Source: Candidatus Shapirobacteria bacterium GW2011_GWF2_37_20
GTDB lineage: Bacteria; Patescibacteriota; Microgenomatia; UBA12405
Assembly (NCBI GenBank): GCA_000989305.1
Contig: LBTB01000005.1
Coordinates: 4,409 to 68,408 of the forward strand
Direction: 5' to 3'
Length of the DNA stretch: 64,000 nucleotides
Shown: positions 40,701-51,177 of the stretch, piece by piece
How positions within the stretch are numbered: position 1 is the stretch's first letter
How the letters are laid out: each line of letters opens with the position of its first letter
The notes under the pieces: generated by a model
What the model was told of the DNA's origin: nothing
Databases searched by the model: none
What the model saw: the letters and a program-made list of their open reading frames with translations, nothing else
Program-made: the position numbers and the translations under genes

Positions 40701-41681
40701 ATGACTAAAATAGCATTGTTTTTTGGGGGGAAAATCAGTAAACATTTGGTGTTGGTGAGAAATGCGGCGAGGAAAGAGGGGGCGGAACTGGACTTGGTGT
40801 CATATAACAATGTTTGTTTTGAGACGGAAACAGGGAAGATAAGTTTACGGGGAAAAGACGTAAATGATTACGATGTGCTATTTTTTAGGACGACGGGGAA
40901 ACACTGGGAGGAAGTTGACCTGATTATTAATAGTATAAAAAAAGAGGACATGGTGGTAATTGATCCTTTGGTTCGAGACGGAAAACCAAGCTATGCCTGC
41001 AAAGCGTGGCAGATGTTGAAATTAAAAGAAGCAGGGATTGATGTGCCCAGAAGTGTGTATGGATCTTTGTGGTATTTATATGAAGTTATGGCCAGAAATG
41101 ATAATACCCACCAACGAATTTTTTCTTCCGGTGAAGCTGCCAGACAGGCACAAAGTCAGGAAAAGATACTGGAAGGAGATTATGAATTTAATTTTCCGGT
41201 GATAATTAAGGGGAGCGGCGGAGATAGGGGAACAAGAGTGTTTAAGGCTAACAATTTGAAAGAATTAGAAAAATTGGTCAGAGACTTGAGAAAAACGGAA
41301 ACTGAGGGAGGGAAACGATATTTATTACAGGAATACATCGAAAATGATGGAGACTTTAGGGTTTTGATACTGGGAGAAAAAGTGTTGGGGGTAATGAAAA
41401 GAGCCAGGGCGAATAAAAATGAGTTTAGGAATAATTATAGTGCCGGGGGAACAGTGGAAGTGGCTGATTTGCCGGAAGAAGTGAAAGAGTTAGCGGTTAG
41501 GGCGGCGAAAACTTGTGGGCTGGCGGTGGCGGGAGTTGATGTGGCATTCAGAGATTTTGATATGAAAAAACCGGTGATTTGGGAGGTGAATAAGGGCCCA
41601 CAATTTAAGGGTTTTATGAAAGCCACAGGAGTTGATGTGCCGACAGAAATTGTTAAATATTTGGTTTCACTTAAAAAATAA
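40701..41681 (+). CDS. RimK-family ATP-grasp ligase
   Basis: FPVIIKG.GG.RG.RV, LLQEYI, DFRV, FRNN...GG, AGVD, EVN.GPQF. Confidence 0.88.
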   Translation: MTKIALFFGGKISKHLVLVRNAARKEGAELDLVSYNNVCFETETGKISLRGKDVNDYDVLFFRTTGKHWEEVDLIINSIKKEDMVVIDPLVRDGKPSYACKAWQMLKLKEAGIDVPRSVYGSLWYLYEVMARNDNTHQRIFSSGEAARQAQSQEKILEGDYEFNFPVIIKGSGGDRGTRVFKANNLKELEKLVRDLRKTETEGGKRYLLQEYIENDGDFRVLILGEKVLGVMKRARANKNEFRNNYSAGGTVEVADLPEEVKELAVRAAKTCGLAVAGVDVAFRDFDMKKPVIWEVNKGPQFKGFMKATGVDVPTEIVKYLVSLKK

Positions 41682-41685
41682 AATT

Positions 41686-42594
41686 ATGAAGAGAAAAATT
41701 GTTACTTTTACCATGTCGCTTCGACAAAGCCAATTTGAGGTGGACAGACTTGAAGGGGAAGCCAATAAAATGGGAATTGAAGTGAATAGGGCGCTTTATA
41801 GAGAATTAAGCTTTGATCTGAAAGACGGGGCGGCGAAAGTATTCGTCCGAGGCGAGGAATTGACAGCCGAGAATACTTTAGGATTGTGGTTTAGGGTAGC
41901 GGGAACCAGAAGCGGAAAGTATACCGAAGCGAGAAATCTAGTAATCAGAATCCTAAGAGGAAAAGGAGTGTTTTGTGTTAATGAAAAAGGTTATCTGATG
42001 TGGACGAGAATGGGAAAAATTGCTCAGCATGGGGTGTTTTTGGAGAATAATATTCCGGTGGTGCCGACAATGGTTTTTTATACAAAAGAACAGGTTTTGC
42101 AAAGTAAAATAGGAGAAGAATTCGGGTGGCCGGTGATAGCTAAGCATGAGAGGGGGTATCAAGGGAAGTCTGTCAGAAGATTTGAAGAGAGAAAAGAATT
42201 AGAAAAATTTGTTAGGAAAATTAACGAAAAAAACGTGGGAATGTTTTTGTGGCAAAAGTATTTACCAACTAAGTGGGATATCCGAGCAGTAATTGTTGAC
42301 GGAAAGGCGATTGGGGGAATGAAGAGGTCGGCGGTGGGAGAGGAGTTTAGAAGTAATTTTTCATTGGGAGGAGAGGTGGAAGCGTGGAAATTGAGTGACG
42401 ATGAGATAAAATTGGCGGAGAAAGTGGCAAATGTTTGTGGACTGGATTATGGTGGGGTAGATATTATGAAAGACGAAAAAGGGAATAATTATATTCTGGA
42501 GATAAATCGGCAATGTCAGTTTCAGGGTTTTGAAAAAGCGACAGGAATCAATGTGGCCAAAAGAGTAGTTGAAATGATAGCCAATAAAAAATAG
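41686..42594 (+). CDS. RimK-family ATP-grasp ligase (second paralogue)
   Basis: WPVIAK...G.QGK.V, WQKYL, DIR, FRSNFSLGG, GGVDI, LEIN...F.GFE.ATG. Start moved to ATG 41686. Confidence 0.88.
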   Translation: MKRKIVTFTMSLRQSQFEVDRLEGEANKMGIEVNRALYRELSFDLKDGAAKVFVRGEELTAENTLGLWFRVAGTRSGKYTEARNLVIRILRGKGVFCVNEKGYLMWTRMGKIAQHGVFLENNIPVVPTMVFYTKEQVLQSKIGEEFGWPVIAKHERGYQGKSVRRFEERKELEKFVRKINEKNVGMFLWQKYLPTKWDIRAVIVDGKAIGGMKRSAVGEEFRSNFSLGGEVEAWKLSDDEIKLAEKVANVCGLDYGGVDIMKDEKGNNYILEINRQCQFQGFEKATGINVAKRVVEMIANKK

Positions 42595-42615
42595 TTATAA
42601 TTGTTAAAATAGGGT

Positions 42616-43140
42616 ATGAAACAAGTATTTCTAACTTTGGGGTTGTTGTTGGCGGTAATGGTGGGGTTTTACTGGGTGAGCAATAGATTTGAGGTTAAAA
42701 AGGAAGTAAGTGTTCAAATAGCTGATAAAGAAATATATTTTGAAACACCGGAGAAATTAATGGCCATGACAGAAACGGAAATTAAGTTGTTAGCCAGACA
42801 TGAAAATGGAAAGCTCGTGAGTTATTGGATAGATTTCAATTATGATCCGGCAAAAATAAAAATACTGAATATTGAGGTAAATAAGGATGTTTTTGATAAA
42901 AAAGTGGCGGTGGAACTTGATGAAATAATGGGCAAGGCAAAAATAATTGGGGAAAATTCAAAAAAGAGGGAAAACTTAGTGGGGGGAGACGTATTATTGG
43001 CGACTTTAAAAATAAAAGGGTTGAGTAAAGGAGAGACAATGATTTATGCCAGTAGAAAGCCGGAAGTAGGGATTTTGGAGGGGATAAAAGTGATCGAAGG
43101 TAATTTCCAAATGCCTAACTTTAAGGTAAATTTCTTGTGA
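42616..43140 (+). CDS. Membrane-anchored cohesin-like beta-sandwich protein
   Basis: N-terminal TM; F.YDP.K....., LATL.IKG...GET motifs. Confidence 0.55.
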   Translation: MKQVFLTLGLLLAVMVGFYWVSNRFEVKKEVSVQIADKEIYFETPEKLMAMTETEIKLLARHENGKLVSYWIDFNYDPAKIKILNIEVNKDVFDKKVAVELDEIMGKAKIIGENSKKRENLVGGDVLLATLKIKGLSKGETMIYASRKPEVGILEGIKVIEGNFQMPNFKVNFL

Positions 43141-43159
43141 TATACTAATTGGAAATTAA

Positions 43160-43233
43160 GGGCAATTAGCTCAGTTGGTTAGAGCACCGTCCTGATAAGA
43201 CGGGGGTCAATGGTTCGAGTCCATTATTGCCCA
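43160..43233 (+). tRNA. tRNA-Ile (GAU)
   Basis: Acceptor GGGCAAT/ATTGCCC, D loop AGTTGGTTA, anticodon arm CCGTC-CTGATAA-GACGG, T loop GGTTCGAGTCC; CCA not encoded. Confidence 0.96.
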
Positions 43234-43265
43234 CAGGTGTTATTTTTGTAGTGTTAGAATTAAAT

Positions 43266-43397
43266 ATGGAAGAGAAGAAGTATAGTTTCTTAAAAGTTTT
43301 GGGAATTTTGGGGGCAACGATATTGATTATTTTTGGAAGTGTGGACAATATTTGGCGGACGCTAAAACTGGGCTGGAATAAGGTAGCAAAAAAATAA
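43266..43397 (+). CDS. Putative 43-aa membrane peptide (not in the ORF track)
   Basis: MEEKKYSFLKVLGILGATILIIFGSVDNIWRTLKLGWNKVAKK; TG-T-TAGAAT 5 nt before the ATG. Confidence 0.6.
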   Translation: MEEKKYSFLKVLGILGATILIIFGSVDNIWRTLKLGWNKVAKK

Positions 43398-43422
43398 GGG
43401 GAGCCTGATATAATTTGAGGAT

Positions 43423-44067
43423 ATGTCGCAGCTGAAATATATAATTGATTTGTTTTTGCATATTGATAAGAATTTGGCCGCAGTGATTGTGCAATATGGG
43501 GTCGGGAGCTATGTATTGTTGTTTATGATTATTTTCATGGAAACAGGCTTTGTGGTGACTCCATTTTTACCCGGAGACTCACTGCTTTTTGCGGCCGGAG
43601 CTTTGACGGCTTCAATGGGGGTTTTTGATATCAAACTATTATGGCTATTAATGGTGGCAGCGGCCTTTTTGGGCGATACGGTGAACTATTGGATAGGACA
43701 TTTTATTGGACCTCGGGCCTTTCAATCAAAAAGTAGGTTTTTGAAAAAAGAATATTTAGATAAAGCCCAGGCTTTTTATGATAAACACGGGGGAGTGGCA
43801 ATTGTGTTGGCACGTTTTGTACCGATTGTACGGACCTTTGCCCCTTTTGTGGCCGGAATTGGAAAAATGCATTACACCAGATTTTTGTCGTTTAATGCGG
43901 TCGGAGGATTGCTTTGGGTGAGCATAATGTTGTTGTCGGGATACTTTTTTGGGAATATCTCTTTTATTAAAAATAATTTTCACTATGTAGTAGTGGTAAT
44001 TATTTTGATTTCAGTGGTACCAATCTTTGTGGAATGGTTGAAGAGCAGAAGAAAGAGGGTAAAATAG
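43423..44067 (+). CDS. dedA: DedA family membrane protein
   Basis: ETG.VV.PFLPGDSLLFAAG, GD..NY.IG, ARFVPIVRTFAPFVAG. Confidence 0.93.
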   Translation: MSQLKYIIDLFLHIDKNLAAVIVQYGVGSYVLLFMIIFMETGFVVTPFLPGDSLLFAAGALTASMGVFDIKLLWLLMVAAAFLGDTVNYWIGHFIGPRAFQSKSRFLKKEYLDKAQAFYDKHGGVAIVLARFVPIVRTFAPFVAGIGKMHYTRFLSFNAVGGLLWVSIMLLSGYFFGNISFIKNNFHYVVVVIILISVVPIFVEWLKSRRKRVK

Positions 44068-44070
44068 TTT

Positions 44071-44499
44071 ATGGACAATGAAGGAGAAATAAAATTAGAA
44101 AAAATCAGACAGACAGTTAATTTGGAAAAGATTACGACTGAAAATTTTGTGAATAAGTGGAAGGAAATTTTTGGAGAAGAGACAACTGTTAGAAGAGAAA
44201 GGTTTGTTAATCAAAGCGGTAAAGAAATCAGTGGAGTGAAGGATACAATTATAGAAAACGTAAAAATAACTCCTGTGGAAAATTTGATTTTTTTGACATA
44301 TCAGGGGGGAGTTGGTCAAGCTGACAAATATATAGCGATTGATAGTAAGGAATATCTTATGGGGGTACAAGATCATGATGGTGGCGAAAAGTCATTTATC
44401 TTGGTTCACAATACAGAGAATAAAAAGACCGGAGAAAATAGGCAGACAACAAGACGCTTTACGCCAGCAAGAGCACAGACCTCGATAAATCAGGTATAA
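44071..44499 (+). CDS. Hypothetical protein (paralogue A)
   Basis: Own TAAAAT-5nt-ATG; similar to the next ORF. Confidence 0.65.
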   Translation: MDNEGEIKLEKIRQTVNLEKITTENFVNKWKEIFGEETTVRRERFVNQSGKEISGVKDTIIENVKITPVENLIFLTYQGGVGQADKYIAIDSKEYLMGVQDHDGGEKSFILVHNTENKKTGENRQTTRRFTPARAQTSINQV

Positions 44500-44505
44500 T
44501 TGGGC

Positions 44506-44925
44506 ATGGAAGTAAAGAATAATATTGAGCCGAAGGAAGAAAATATTTCAATGGAGTGGAAAAAATTACCGGCGAATGAAGCGGTGAAAGTTTTCCGAGA
44601 AGTAATTCCAAATGCATCGATTAATGTGCAGAGGGAAAGGGTGCTATTTGTCGAAGGAAAAAAAGTAAATTATGAAGAGGAAGAGGTGATGTTTTTAATA
44701 AGTTCTCTTGAGGGAAAAAATAATGAGAAGCTAAAATTAGCCTGGAGAACAGATGTTGGGGGAAAGGGTGGTGGGGTATTGGAGTTTGAAGGGAAAATAA
44801 GTATAGCCCAACAGAAAATTGAAGGGGGAAATGATTTGGTGTTGATTGGCGAAAAAGGGGTGACAGATGATGGTAAAAAATGGGAATCTATCCGAAGATT
44901 TCAAGTAAAAGGGAGACAGATTTAA
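44506..44925 (+). CDS. Hypothetical protein (paralogue B)
   Basis: Own TATAAT-5nt-ATG; similar to the previous ORF. Confidence 0.65.
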   Translation: MEVKNNIEPKEENISMEWKKLPANEAVKVFREVIPNASINVQRERVLFVEGKKVNYEEEEVMFLISSLEGKNNEKLKLAWRTDVGGKGGGVLEFEGKISIAQQKIEGGNDLVLIGEKGVTDDGKKWESIRRFQVKGRQI

Positions 44926-44929
44926 CCCA

Positions 44930-44958
44930 TTGATTTGGAGGTAGAGATTAGATACAAT
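44930..44958 (+). promoter_or_regulatory. Sigma70-type promoter upstream of the tRNA-Ala-23S-5S unit
   Basis: TTGATT-17 bp-TACAAT. Confidence 0.6.
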
Positions 44959-44964
44959 ATGAAC

Positions 44965-45058
44965 ACTTGATGTATAAGCTTCAAATTCGGAATGGAAACA
45001 ATAATACGTGAGAGTATTAGGTCCGAATTTTGGGAGCCGACGCAAGTCGGCTTTTTTT
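44965..45058 (+). ncRNA. Candidate structured small RNA or attenuator
   Basis: Stem AAATTCGGA/TCCGAATTT encloses TG-GAAA-CA and TAATAC-GTGAGA-GTATTA; then AGCCGAC-GCAA-GTCGGCT plus a T-run. Confidence 0.45.
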
Positions 45059-45095
45059 ATGCTAAACATCGGCTCTTTTTAAATAATAGGCTCTT

Positions 45096-45169
45096 GGGCC
45101 TGTGGCTTAGTTGGTTATAGCGCTTCATTTGCAATGAAGAGGTCGGGAGTTCGAATCTCCCCAGGTCCA
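45096..45169 (+). tRNA. tRNA-Ala (UGC)
   Basis: Acceptor GGGCCTG/CAGGTCC with G3:U70, anticodon arm CTTCA-TTTGCAA-TGAAG, T loop GTTCGAATC. Confidence 0.96.
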
Positions 45170-45312
45170 CCTACGCCATTAGAGAAATGTACCTAGAATT
45201 AGGAAAAGAATCTGAATTGATTGTTTTCCTTGACTATGTACGCACATTAACAATCTATTGAATATTTTATTTTTAATTTTTATCTTGGCAACTAAACTGA
45301 GTTGCTTAAGAT

Positions 45313-48295
<2,983 letters not shown>

Positions 48296-48397
48296 TCTAC
48301 AGCTCTTAGGCCGCCAGCACTGGTGGTTTAGGAGCTGATTAGGCAGCTCAATTTAGAGGCCAAGAAAAATTAATATAAAATAACTTTACTTTTTGAG

Positions 48398-48516
48398 TCT
48401 CGGTCATCAGAGCGAGGTGGCTCCACCTTTTCCCATTCCGAACAGAGAAGTGAAACGCCTCAGCGCCGACAATAGTCTCCCTGCAAAGGGTCCTGAAGAT
48501 AGGTCGTGGCCGGGAC
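48398..48516 (+). rRNA. rrf: 5S rRNA
   Basis: CCCATTCCGAAAC-like loop C (CCCATTCCGAAC), GAAGTGAAAC, CAGCGCCGA; terminal helix TCTCGGTCA/TGGCCGGGA. Confidence 0.93.
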
Positions 48517-48548
48517 TGAGAAAGTAAAAATTCAATAGATTGAAAATT

Positions 48549-48574
48549 AAATCCCCTCAAACAGGGGATTTTTT
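48549..48574 (+). terminator. rRNA operon terminator
   Basis: AAATCCCCT-CAAAC-AGGGGATTT followed by T residues. Confidence 0.8.
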
Positions 48575-48616
48575 GTGGTGTTCTACTATGATATTTAGTG
48601 ATATAATATACACCAT

Positions 48617-48865
48617 ATGAGGGAAAGAAAAAGAATATTTGAGGTGTTACCAGGCGGGAAAGTTCAATGTAATTTATCCTGTAGGACAGGAAGTACTTAT
48701 CAGGATTTAGCGTATATTGATGGAGATAATAATGTTTGTATTGCGGCTGAGACCCCGTTAATTGATGGTGGATATTTGGGCAGGGATACTTTAATGATTA
48801 AAGGCAGATTTAGAGTGTGTGCCTTAGTGGGGGCTGTGACCGGAAAAGTTGAGGGAAAAAAGTAA
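48617..48865 (+). CDS. Small Cys-containing hypothetical protein
   Basis: 82-aa ORF with 4 Cys; TG-A-TATAAT upstream. Confidence 0.5.
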   Translation: MRERKRIFEVLPGGKVQCNLSCRTGSTYQDLAYIDGDNNVCIAAETPLIDGGYLGRDTLMIKGRFRVCALVGAVTGKVEGKK

Positions 48866-49119
48866 TTTTCTCCATAGTTTTGATATGGTGTAATATAATT
48901 GGCGATGTGTGAAAAATACAGACGTTATCGACAAATGTGACGGAAAGTAGTGTGAAAGAGTGACGAATATCTAGAGGGCGGAGGAGTAGGAAACATTGAG
49001 GTGGAAAGAGGCGTACTCTGTGCTATAATAGCCAAGCTTTGAATTAGTTATTCATTTATTTAGGGTATCCAATCCCGCGAATAATCCCGATTGAAAGCGG
49101 GATTTTTTATTTTAAAAAA

Positions 49120-50235
49120 ATGGCAAAAAAAATAAAAGTTTCTAAAAAGAAAAACTCTGGCCCAATGACCATGGAAGAGTTGTTGAAGATGGATGGTGTG
49201 CAGATTTCCGGCTTAAAAAAAGGTCAAGATGTTAAGGGTAAGATTACTACCATAAAAAATAAATCCATTTTTATTGACATTGGCGGAAAAACCGATGCGG
49301 TGGTAATGGGCAAGGAATATGAATTTGTGAAAGATTATGTGGCAGACCTGAAGGTTGGTGATGAGATTGAAGTTCAAGTAAAACATCCGGAAAATGATAA
49401 AGGTCAAATTTTGGTGTCGATTAGAGGAGCTGCTTCCGGTTATGGCTGGAATTATTTTACAGAAAAAGAAAAGAACGAAGGTGAAGTAACTGTATTTGGA
49501 AAAGAATTAAATCGAGGCGGGGTAGTAGTGATTGCACCTTTTGGATTTTTTGGGTTTATCCCAGGATCGCAAATTGGGAGTAAATACGATATTGATCCGG
49601 AGAAACTGTTGGGGAAAAAGATTAAAGCTAAGGTTTTGGAGGTGGATCAGTCTAAAAATAGGTTGGTATTTTCCGAAAGATTAGTGTCTGAACCAAATAA
49701 AGTGGGCGAAGAGTCAGTGGCAATAGAGAACTTAAAACTCGATGATATTTTCCAGGCAGAAGTGGTTAGGGTTGAACCTTTTGGAATCTTTGTAAAAGTG
49801 GAAGAAAGTTTTGACGGGAAGCCAATGAAACTGGAAGGCTTGGTTCATATTTCTGAAATTTCCTGGGCGAAGGTTGATGACGTGACGGGGATGTTTAAGG
49901 CTAAAGATAAAATAAAAGTAAAGCTAGTTAATAAATCTGAGGGCCGTTTGCAATTTTCTCTAAAGAGATTAAAAGAAGATCCCTGGACCAAAATTGAAGA
50001 AAAGTATCCAAAAGATAAGGAGTTTGACGGTGAAGTAGTAAAAATCGCCAACTTTGGTGCCCTGGTCCGACTGGAAGAAGGAATTGAAGGATTGATTCAT
50101 ATATCAAAACTAGCTGGAGTGGTGTTGAAGCCAGAAGAAAAGGTTCAGGTTTATATTGAATCGATAGATGTAGGAAAGAGAAAGATATCGCTGGGACTGG
50201 TAAATACTGACAAGAGCAAGGTTATTTATAAATAA
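49120..50235 (+). CDS. rpsA: 30S ribosomal protein bS1 (short form, four S1 domains)
   Basis: IDIGGKTDA, GFIPGSQ, EGLVHISEISW, FGALV.L..GIEGLIHIS. Confidence 0.9.
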   Translation: MAKKIKVSKKKNSGPMTMEELLKMDGVQISGLKKGQDVKGKITTIKNKSIFIDIGGKTDAVVMGKEYEFVKDYVADLKVGDEIEVQVKHPENDKGQILVSIRGAASGYGWNYFTEKEKNEGEVTVFGKELNRGGVVVIAPFGFFGFIPGSQIGSKYDIDPEKLLGKKIKAKVLEVDQSKNRLVFSERLVSEPNKVGEESVAIENLKLDDIFQAEVVRVEPFGIFVKVEESFDGKPMKLEGLVHISEISWAKVDDVTGMFKAKDKIKVKLVNKSEGRLQFSLKRLKEDPWTKIEEKYPKDKEFDGEVVKIANFGALVRLEEGIEGLIHISKLAGVVLKPEEKVQVYIESIDVGKRKISLGLVNTDKSKVIYK

Positions 50236-50247
50236 GAAAAGGTTAGA

Positions 50248-50275
50248 AACCCGCTTCGAAAGAGGCGGGTTTTTT
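50248..50275 (+). terminator. Intrinsic terminator after rpsA
   Basis: AAACCCGCTTC-GAAA-GAGGCGGGTTT followed by TTT. Confidence 0.85.
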
Positions 50276-50288
50276 GATATCATATGCC

Positions 50289-50648
50289 ATGGTAAAAAAG
50301 GTGAAAGAAATTGAAACAATAAATAATAACGAGTTGAGTTATGATACAAAAACACTAATTACGGTGATTACTTTGGTGACGATATATCCCGTAGGTTTAA
50401 TTTTGATGTTTGTGTGGATGAAATGGGGCAAGTGGATTAAATTTTTAGTAGCACTTCCCTTGTTTTTAATATTGTTAATACCCTTATTTGTAGTATTGGG
50501 GGTGTTGACGGTGGTGTTTAGAATAATGTCTCACCCGGAAGACAGTATTAAGACCTTTGAGGTGATTCGGGAAGAAGTGAGGAAAGAGATGGTGATTAGT
50601 CCAACGGAGGTTGTTGCTAGTCCGACAATAAGAATGGTAAGGAAATAA
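50289..50648 (+). CDS. Hypothetical membrane protein
   Basis: Two TMs (YPVGLILM..W..W); ATG 5 nt after TATCAT. Confidence 0.65.
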   Translation: MVKKVKEIETINNNELSYDTKTLITVITLVTIYPVGLILMFVWMKWGKWIKFLVALPLFLILLIPLFVVLGVLTVVFRIMSHPEDSIKTFEVIREEVRKEMVISPTEVVASPTIRMVRK

Positions 50649-50675
50649 TGCGAAAATGGTGGTATAATCGGGAAT

Positions 50676-51089
50676 ATGGCAACAAAAAATAATACTGAGT
50701 GTCTCAAGTCTAGTTTAAAAATAGATTTGTTCAAGGGAGAGGGATCTTTTCCTCAGCACCCTATTTGGGTATGTCCGTTAGGGGAAACTTGTATAACTAG
50801 GCCAGGAGGAAAAGGGGGAGAGGTTAGGGTTATTTTGGGTAGGGCTGAGAAAAAGTGGGGAGATCATAAAAAGATTTTTGGAGTAGTGGGTTGTAGGAGA
50901 GTGGAAGAAACAACAAAACAAAGTTATTGCGACTTTCAAGACAAGGAGATTGAGCTAAGAAAGATTAATGGATTACCAAGATGTATTACAAGTTGTGAAC
51001 ACTTGAAGGGTTTTCAGGGTTTTGTATTATTGGATGAGGGAGAAGATGTTGGTGGTTGTGGTAACAGCGAAATAGTTTATCAGCTATAA
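50676..51089 (+). CDS. Cys-rich hypothetical protein
   Basis: 137 aa with 8 Cys; TG-G-TATAAT 7 nt before the ATG. Confidence 0.55.
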   Translation: MATKNNTECLKSSLKIDLFKGEGSFPQHPIWVCPLGETCITRPGGKGGEVRVILGRAEKKWGDHKKIFGVVGCRRVEETTKQSYCDFQDKEIELRKINGLPRCITSCEHLKGFQGFVLLDEGEDVGGCGNSEIVYQL

Positions 51090-51177
51090 TTGCTGGTATT
51101 ATCCGGTAAAAAATGTAGTGGCTTCATGAGAGGCGCTTAAAACGAAGAAAAGAGATAAAGCTTGATAAAATTAGGGT

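Noticed and set aside
38395-43140. Graspetide RiPP or LysX-type lysine biosynthesis cluster
   Set aside because: No precursor with repeated core motifs, no LysW carrier and no pathway enzymes nearby.
43160-45169. tRNA-anchored genomic island
   Set aside because: No integrase and no duplicated tRNA 3' end (att) were found.
48866-49020. TATAAT-ATG followed by an 11-codon ORF
   Set aside because: Too short and followed by stops; at most a pseudogene remnant.
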